NCBI GenBank assembly: GCA_963826535.1 | Contig: CAWGXL010000011.1 | Coordinates: forward strand, 576,809-640,808 | Length of the DNA: 64,000 nt | Direction of reading: 5' to 3' | From: an uncultured bacterium | GTDB taxonomy: Bacteria > Patescibacteriota > Microgenomatia > Levybacterales > UBA12049 | Part shown: piece by piece, positions 57,885 through 64,000 of the stretch | Layout: each line of letters starts with the position of its first letter | Position numbering within the stretch: position 1 is the stretch's first letter | Notes under the pieces: model-generated | Told to the model about the DNA's origin: nothing | The model's database searches: none | Seen by the model: only the letters and a program-made list of their open reading frames with translations | Made by a program: the position numbers and the translations under genes

Positions 57885-60119
57885 TTATTTTAGGGCATTA
57901 GTTATCAAATCCCAACTTTTTTGTGTGCTTTTTTCCCAGTTAAAATTTTTTGCCCATTTTTTTCCTTCATTGCTCATATTTTGATATAATTTCTTATCAG
58001 TAATTAGTTTGTTTATTCCATCGGCTAATGCTTTGCTGTTTTTTTCTACCAAAAGTCCGGTTTGATTATTTTTAATAGAATCTTTTAAACCAACGACATT
58101 ATATCCTACGGCAGGTGTGCCTACGGCGTTTGCTTCAATTACATTGAGCCCCCAGCCTTCTCTTATTGAGGGATGAACAAGTATCCATGCTTTCGCAAGT
58201 AATTTGTTTTTGTAAGTTTCAGACACGAAGCCGAAAAGCGACACATTTTTTTCTAATTTTTTATTTACTATAATATTTTTAATTTTAGCGAGATATTTTT
58301 CGTTTATTGCTTTGCCAACTACCCACAATTTAGCGGTAGAGTTTATTTGTAAGACTGAAGATAAGGCTTTTATTGCATCTTCTATGCCTTTATCAGGAGA
58401 AATTTGGGCAAGATAAATCAGAATTGGATTTTTTTCTTTTTTATATTCTCTGCCCCTGTCTCGGCCTCCGGCCTCCGACCCATGGTTAATTATGTTAATT
58501 CTTTTTTTGTCGATATTATACTTTATTAGTTCTTCGGCGATTGATTCAGAACTTGTTATGAATGGTACTTTTTTGTAGGGAATGAAAAACAGCGGTTCAA
58601 CCAGATATCCTAGTAGACTTAGCGGGAAAAATGCATTTTTAAACCAGGCATTTTTGGCAGGTTCATTGATAAGTGCAATAATTTTATCGGTTTTTTCGTA
58701 GAGAAACGAGAAAAAGGGTAAAAAGTGAAAGCTATCAATAATCAGATCAACATGGCCAAATTTTTTTTGGATGTAATATGCATATGCCCAGAGGTGTACC
58801 GTATAGTGAGTGCCCTTCCGGATTATTTTTATTCCATTAATTTCTTCATTGTTTAACGCGTTATTAAACTTTGAGGCAAACCACTTTACATTTGCGCCAT
58901 TTTTCGCCCAGAATTTGGCGTGTTCTAAAAGTGAGATTTCAGCACCTCCTGCCAGGGGGTGCTTGGGGTCGCGCCAATTCAGTATTACGATATTCTTGTG
59001 GTAAGGCATGATATTTGAATCATATTTTTTGCGGGTTTTTTCGTCTCTTACCGTCGTAATTGTGTTTGGGAAAATCGCATGCATTACCTCATTCACTGTA
59101 ATCATTTCCATCCCACCCACTGCATCTTTTGGAACATATCTTTTTAAATCATATCTATACCATGGTTTACTTTCCTTTGACCTAATCAGTGTTACTAATT
59201 TTTTATTGTATGGTAAACTCCATTTTTCATTGGTTGATGCCCATAATGTGATTATTTTTTTATTTAGAGCTACTGCTAAATGTCCGAAGCCATTATCATT
59301 ACAAATTAGTAGATTTACCTGGTTTAGCAGGCCAAGCGCATCATTAAATTTAAGGTTATTGATTAATTTACAATTATTAGGGTTATTTACTAATGTGTGT
59401 AATTTTTTGCCTACATCTATCTCGTCAGGGCCGCTGAATATCAGCACTTTTTTCTTTTTTTGAACAATCAGGAATTTAATTATTTGTGCGTAGTTCTCAA
59501 CCGGCCAACGTCTCAATAGGGCGGCAGGGGATTTGGTCGAGCCCGGATGGATGCCGATAATATCATTTTGACGCCAGCCCAATTGAGCTATTTGTTTTTC
59601 TCCAAAGTTAATGTCAGTTTTATTTAATTTAAAATCATATTTTATTTCTTCTTTTATTATTTCCTTCCTCCAATCTATATTAAATGCCTTCAACATGTTT
59701 AAATTGTTAAACATATTGTGTACTTTTTCATCAACAGTAATTAAATCCGTATCAAGAAAATTGCATTCTGAATGATATCCAGTTTGAAACCTATGAGCTA
59801 TTCTTTTTTTTGCTCCGATAAGCCATTGAGCTATGTGATATTCACGCCGGTACGAGGGAAAAATTAACATTGACACGTCATATTTATTTTTTCGTAAAGA
59901 TACAAGTTGGATTAAGCCTTTCGATGGATTTTCGTTGTATAGGGATAGTTTATATACATGGTCGACATTTTTGTTATTTGCAAATATATATCTCACCCCT
60001 TCAAACATACAAGCTATATCAATTGCGATCTCAGGTTTTTTCTTTTTGAGTAAGCTTATCATTGGCGTAGCCATCAGTGCATCTCCGATAGCAGGTAAAC
60101 AAAGTATAAGTACTTTCAT
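57885..60119 (-). CDS. GT9 (heptosyltransferase-like) + GT4 fusion
   Basis: AIGDALMATP, IHPGS, RRWP, CNDNGFGHLA, then NWRDPKHPLAGGAE and REGWGLNVIEANA. Confidence 0.88.
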   Translation of the reverse strand: MKVLILCLPAIGDALMATPMISLLKKKKPEIAIDIACMFEGVRYIFANNKNVDHVYKLSLYNENPSKGLIQLVSLRKNKYDVSMLIFPSYRREYHIAQWLIGAKKRIAHRFQTGYHSECNFLDTDLITVDEKVHNMFNNLNMLKAFNIDWRKEIIKEEIKYDFKLNKTDINFGEKQIAQLGWRQNDIIGIHPGSTKSPAALLRRWPVENYAQIIKFLIVQKKKKVLIFSGPDEIDVGKKLHTLVNNPNNCKLINNLKFNDALGLLNQVNLLICNDNGFGHLAVALNKKIITLWASTNEKWSLPYNKKLVTLIRSKESKPWYRYDLKRYVPKDAVGGMEMITVNEVMHAIFPNTITTVRDEKTRKKYDSNIMPYHKNIVILNWRDPKHPLAGGAEISLLEHAKFWAKNGANVKWFASKFNNALNNEEINGIKIIRKGTHYTVHLWAYAYYIQKKFGHVDLIIDSFHFLPFFSFLYEKTDKIIALINEPAKNAWFKNAFFPLSLLGYLVEPLFFIPYKKVPFITSSESIAEELIKYNIDKKRINIINHGSEAGGRDRGREYKKEKNPILIYLAQISPDKGIEDAIKALSSVLQINSTAKLWVVGKAINEKYLAKIKNIIVNKKLEKNVSLFGFVSETYKNKLLAKAWILVHPSIREGWGLNVIEANAVGTPAVGYNVVGLKDSIKNNQTGLLVEKNSKALADGINKLITDKKLYQNMSNEGKKWAKNFNWEKSTQKSWDLITNALK

Positions 60120-61120
60120 ATTTTTTGGGTTATTTTAGCAGCTTCTAATAAATCTATTGCATAATAGTCTGGTTCGAGTTTTAAAACTTTGGGCAATTTT
60201 TCTCCAAGTTTAATAGTTTTTACGTTTGCTTCTCTGCCTGCAATTATGTCATTCGGATCATCTCCGACAATCCAGCTATCCTGTAAGCTAATTTTATATT
60301 CCTTTACCGCTTGTAGAAGCAATCCTATATTTGGTTTTCTACAGTTACATTTTTTATCCGGAGAATGGGGGCAGTAATAAACTTTATTTATTGTTATATT
60401 GTCTTTTTTGAATTTATCCAGCATCCAATTATTTAATAAATGGAAATCTTTTTCAGTGTAATATCCTCTTCCAATCCCGCTTTGATTGCTAATTATAAAT
60501 AGCTTGTAATTAGTAAGCGAAAGTAATTTGAGTGCCTTTATTGAATTTGGAGTAAAATTAAAATTTTTTATTTTATGAATATATCCATTCTTGTTTTCAT
60601 TAATTGTACCATCTCTATCTAAAAAAATTGCCCTTTTAGCGGGTTGATCGTAACTCTCACGTATTTTATTTAAGATGTTTGTAGTGGATTTTCCTTTTAC
60701 CCATTTTAATACATGAATTTTTCCACCGTTACTTTCTACTACTTCTCTTTCTATACAATTTCTTCCCCAATCAGATCCATTGCAATGAACAATGGGTTTT
60801 ATTTTATTGAGTATCTCTTTCGGGTTGATTTCATCGAAAATAGTCACATAATCAACACATTCGAGGGCTGCAAGAATCTGCGCGCGTTCGGTTTCGTGAA
60901 AGATTGGCCTGCTTGGTCCTTTGTATTTTTTAATAGAGATATTACTATTGAGGAGAATTATTAATATATCACCCTGGTTTTTTGCTTCTTCAATTGAATG
61001 GATATGTCCTGTATGAATAAGGTCGAATCCGCCATTATATGTAACAATTTGTTTATCTTTTTTTTTCAGTTCCTCTACAATTTTTAAAATTTGCCAATGC
61101 GATTTAATTTTTGAGTTCAT
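60116..61120 (-). CDS. HldC/RfaE2-type heptose-1-P adenylyltransferase + GmhB heptose bisphosphate phosphatase fusion
   Basis: GGFDLIHTGH, KGPSRP, STT; FLDRDGTIN, SNQSGIGRG, CPH..CNCRKP, VGD; start MNSK chosen to limit overlap. Confidence 0.9.
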   Translation of the reverse strand: MNSKIKSHWQILKIVEELKKKDKQIVTYNGGFDLIHTGHIHSIEEAKNQGDILIILLNSNISIKKYKGPSRPIFHETERAQILAALECVDYVTIFDEINPKEILNKIKPIVHCNGSDWGRNCIEREVVESNGGKIHVLKWVKGKSTTNILNKIRESYDQPAKRAIFLDRDGTINENKNGYIHKIKNFNFTPNSIKALKLLSLTNYKLFIISNQSGIGRGYYTEKDFHLLNNWMLDKFKKDNITINKVYYCPHSPDKKCNCRKPNIGLLLQAVKEYKISLQDSWIVGDDPNDIIAGREANVKTIKLGEKLPKVLKLEPDYYAIDLLEAAKITQKI

Positions 61121-62414
61121 TGATGTCAACTTTTCTACTTTTTTCAATACGGTAGGTATCTGCTTCCAAATGTTGGGTACTGACTTCAATAAGTGATGAA
61201 TCTTCTAAGCCTCGAAATCTATGCTTGACTCCTGTTGGAATGCGAATAAAATTGCCCGGTCCCAAATTTTTTAGCTTGTTTCCCATTTCAATTCGAATAA
61301 GTCCTTTGGTTATGATGAACATCTCATCTTTTAATTTGTGATAATGAAGACTGGATTGAAATCCTTTTTTTACTGATATAAGTTTGCAGCAATATCTTTC
61401 ATTGTTCTCAAGTAATTTTTCATTTCCCCATACTTTAGGGATTATGTTAACCGTATCGATGTGGCTGTCATTGATTAAATTTGCTTCTAATTCTTTAATT
61501 GTGAGTGTTGCTGTACCGGTTTTTTTAACCACAATACTAGCTGCAAGGTTTGCTAATAGAGTTGATGAATATAAATCTAATTTACAAAGTAATCCTAAAG
61601 TAATAACTGAGATGACAGTATCGCCTGCTCCAGTGACATCATATACTTGCGCAAGGCTAGCCGGCAACTCTTTTGAAGTGCCATTTTTATAGAAAAGTGT
61701 AATTCCTTTGTCGCCTTTTTTCAATAGAATGTTGGTTTTAAAGTAATTTGTTAAATCTTTACCAATTTCATAAATATCTTGTTTTGTACTCATCTCTTTA
61801 GCTTCTTGTAAATTGGGTGTAAGTAAATCAATGCCTTTAAAAAAAACTTTGTTTGCAGGCTTTATATCCGCCGTTATAATTTTTTTGTATTTTTTTGCAT
61901 AGGCTACAATATTTTGTGTCAGATCTTTAGAAAAGAGACCTTTACCATAATCAGAAAGAATAATCCCGTCACAGTTTTGAATGTCTTTATTTATTAGTCT
62001 TAGTAATTGTTTTTCTTCTTGTTGAGAAAAGTTATAAGTATTTTCTGTATCGACTCTTAATAATTGGTGTATTCCCGAAATAAATCTGTGTTTTACGGTT
62101 GTTGGTCTAGATTTTGTCAGTATAAAATTATGAGCGATTTTATTGTCACGAAGTAAATCAACAAGTTTATTTCGGTTCCCGTCTTCACCTATTATGCTGC
62201 ATAATGTAACTTTTGCTCCGAGAGCAACTAAATTATTAGCTACGTTCGCAGCTCCGCCTAGTTTCATTCTTTCATCTATCTTGTTAAGAACAGGTACGGG
62301 TGCTTCGGGGGAGATTCTTGGAACGGTTCCAAATGTGTATTTATCCAGCATTACGTCGCCAATGACGAGGACATGTTTAGTGGCAAATTCTTTCAGTTTA
62401 TTTTTTAAGTTCAT
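61104..62414 (-). CDS. HldA/RfaE1 heptose-7-P kinase (PfkB) + C-terminal cupin
   Basis: GDVMLD, RISPEAPVPV, GGAANVA, SDYGKG, DVTGAGD; cupin KVWGNE..SLHYHKLKDE..IPTGVKHRF. Confidence 0.9.
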   Translation of the reverse strand: MNLKNKLKEFATKHVLVIGDVMLDKYTFGTVPRISPEAPVPVLNKIDERMKLGGAANVANNLVALGAKVTLCSIIGEDGNRNKLVDLLRDNKIAHNFILTKSRPTTVKHRFISGIHQLLRVDTENTYNFSQQEEKQLLRLINKDIQNCDGIILSDYGKGLFSKDLTQNIVAYAKKYKKIITADIKPANKVFFKGIDLLTPNLQEAKEMSTKQDIYEIGKDLTNYFKTNILLKKGDKGITLFYKNGTSKELPASLAQVYDVTGAGDTVISVITLGLLCKLDLYSSTLLANLAASIVVKKTGTATLTIKELEANLINDSHIDTVNIIPKVWGNEKLLENNERYCCKLISVKKGFQSSLHYHKLKDEMFIITKGLIRIEMGNKLKNLGPGNFIRIPTGVKHRFRGLEDSSLIEVSTQHLEADTYRIEKSRKVDINELKN

Positions 62415-62448
62415 ATTTATTCGATAAAGTTATTAATATTTATATTTT

Positions 62449-63315
62449 CTAATTTGGTTTGGTGAGCAACGTCTCAAGATTTACTTTTCTCGATCGCGAT
62501 AGATGGTAGGCTTTGCGATAATTAGATCTTTGTATGTCGGCGCGTTTTTTTGTTTTGCTTACGATATTAATTTGTGTATAATACCTCATTATTTTCAATC
62601 TATAGAATATAGCACATGTATCCCATAACATTCTAAATATTATTTTCCAAAAATTTGCATTTTTTATAGTTGATTTCGCTTCATTAAAATTGATTTCTAT
62701 AGGTGCCTCAAAAATTCTGGTATATCCTAAATGGTATGCGACAGCTAAAATCTCAACGTCGAAGGCGTAGCTTTTGACTAAGAGTCTTGATAGAACATCT
62801 TTAATAACTTTTCGGTTAAAAAATTTTATGCCTACTTGTGTATCACGGATTTTGAAGCTAAAAAGTGAGGCTGTCAATATGCGATAACCCCAGGAGAGTG
62901 TTTTTCTCCATTGAGGATAGCCATACACTTTCGATACAGGGTGAAGTTTGGAGCCGACAATTATATCAGCGTTGTACCAGTCCATATGATTTAGGAGCAT
63001 TAAAAGCCCGGAAGGGTGAATATCCATGCCGGCATCAATAAAACCGATTATATTTCCTTTTGCGTGGAGCATTCCGAATCTTACTGCGTGGCCTTTTCCC
63101 TGATTTTTTTCATAAGCGAGCACTTTTATTTTTGGATATTTAATTGGGAGTTGATTCGCGAGACGGCGTATGAGTTTTGTGTTATTTGAACCATCAATAA
63201 CAATTATTATTTCGTATTTACATCCCAGTGTGTCTAAGGATGATTGAATTTTCTTGATATTTTTTGTGATGGTTTTTTCCTGGTTATAGGCAGGTATAAC
63301 TACTGAGAGTAGCAT
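62449..63315 (-). CDS. GT2, dolichol/polyprenol-phosphate glucose/mannose synthase-like
   Basis: VVIPAYNQE, NQGKGHAVR, FIDAG, IRDTQVGIKFF, YAFDVEIL. Confidence 0.88.
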   Translation of the reverse strand: MLLSVVIPAYNQEKTITKNIKKIQSSLDTLGCKYEIIIVIDGSNNTKLIRRLANQLPIKYPKIKVLAYEKNQGKGHAVRFGMLHAKGNIIGFIDAGMDIHPSGLLMLLNHMDWYNADIIVGSKLHPVSKVYGYPQWRKTLSWGYRILTASLFSFKIRDTQVGIKFFNRKVIKDVLSRLLVKSYAFDVEILAVAYHLGYTRIFEAPIEINFNEAKSTIKNANFWKIIFRMLWDTCAIFYRLKIMRYYTQINIVSKTKKRADIQRSNYRKAYHLSRSRKVNLETLLTKPN

Positions 63316-63368
63316 AAGAGTAGTATACCACTTTGCGAATTCAACGTGGAATAGTATAGAATTTAGCT

Positions 63369-63644
63369 GTGAGGAGATTAATTAAGAAGCATACTTTTTT
63401 CCATTATCTTGTGACTATTTTAGTTTATTTTTTGAAGGGGATTATTGGTGAAATTATGTGGCTACTTATCGGGCTGGGAGGGTATTTTGTTTTTCAGACT
63501 CAGAGGACGCCATATGATTTGGTTTTTGGTTTGCCTTTGATAGTGATTAGTGTGGGATTTATTTTTAATTGGATTTTGAGCGAGTGGCTTGCGGTTTTTT
63601 CTCCAACTTATAATAGGGAAGTGTGCGTGATTTGTAGGTCATGA
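63369..63644 (+). CDS. small membrane protein
   Basis: Hydrophobic helices; TAGAAT ends 6 nt before the GTG; C-terminal CxxC. Confidence 0.6.
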   Translation: MRRLIKKHTFFHYLVTILVYFLKGIIGEIMWLLIGLGGYFVFQTQRTPYDLVFGLPLIVISVGFIFNWILSEWLAVFSPTYNREVCVICRS

Positions 63645-63684
63645 GGCAAAGTACTGGTCTGGTATAATAAGAAAAAAAAGAAGT

Positions 63685-64000
63685 ATGACCTTTTTTGGAA
63701 AATACGAACTCCTGAAAAAATCTATTCCTGTTCCGGCTATGGCGAATGATACACAGTCGGTTGATTGTGATTTTTCAGACTTTATGCTTGCAAGTAAAAA
63801 TTGCTACGATTGTATTGGGGGCTATCTTGAAGACTGCATGTATGTTGATATGGGGGCATTTAATACTAAGATGGCAGATTGTGCCTTTGTTTATCAATCG
63901 GAGAAGTGTTATGAATGTGTTGATTCCAGTAAGTGTCATAGCTGTACATACGTTATGGATTGCATCAATAGTACAGATTGCCACTTTTCTGCTTTATTAA
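63685..64000 (+). CDS. Cys-rich repeat protein (partial, runs off window end)
   Basis: Manual translation MTFFGKYELLKKSIP...SVDCDFSD..SKNCYDC..EDCMY..ADCAFVYQSEKCYECVDSSKCHSC..DCINSTDCHFS. Confidence 0.8.
   Translation, partial: MTFFGKYELLKKSIPVPAMANDTQSVDCDFSDFMLASKNCYDCIGGYLEDCMYVDMGAFNTKMADCAFVYQSEKCYECVDSSKCHSCTYVMDCINSTDCHFSALL

Noticed and set aside
63746-64000. 84-aa tracked ORF
   Set aside because: Wrong frame; the Cys-rich ORF from 63685 is the plausible gene

Overview
AT-rich bacterial window. The gene content, the many short palindromic repeats and the apparently leaderless promoters suggest a Patescibacteria/CPR (Microgenomates-like) genome, but this is inference. Almost the whole window is a cell-surface and glycan locus. 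Left part (1-16.5 kb): an SPFH protein, a MerR/HspR-like regulator and a 2361-aa protein. That protein fuses tandem transposase-type HTH modules, a processive cellulose-synthase-like GT2, an internal signal-peptide-like segment, DUF2341/LamG and Cys-rich repeats, and it ends in a PEP/PEF-CTERM-like sorting tail. Downstream are a displaced orphan copy of that tail, two secreted beta-propeller proteins, a RelBE-type toxin-antitoxin pair, tiny membrane peptides, an exosortase/archaeosortase and a class A beta-lactamase-fold protein. Right part (16.7-64 kb): six paralogous YfhO/PTPS-related multi-pass (GT-C-like) proteins, a PMT/GT39-like enzyme, a polyprenol-P-sugar synthase-like GT2, a Wzx flippase, about 10 SAM methyltransferases, many GT2/GT4 enzymes and an ADP-heptose module with unusual fusions. 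Short palindromic elements occur both between genes and in frame inside genes, and some are nested. The best candidate for a new system is the HTH-GT2-surface polyprotein with its cognate exosortase and the GT-C array. No rRNA, tRNA or CRISPR array was recognised. All domain calls come from motif recognition by eye.
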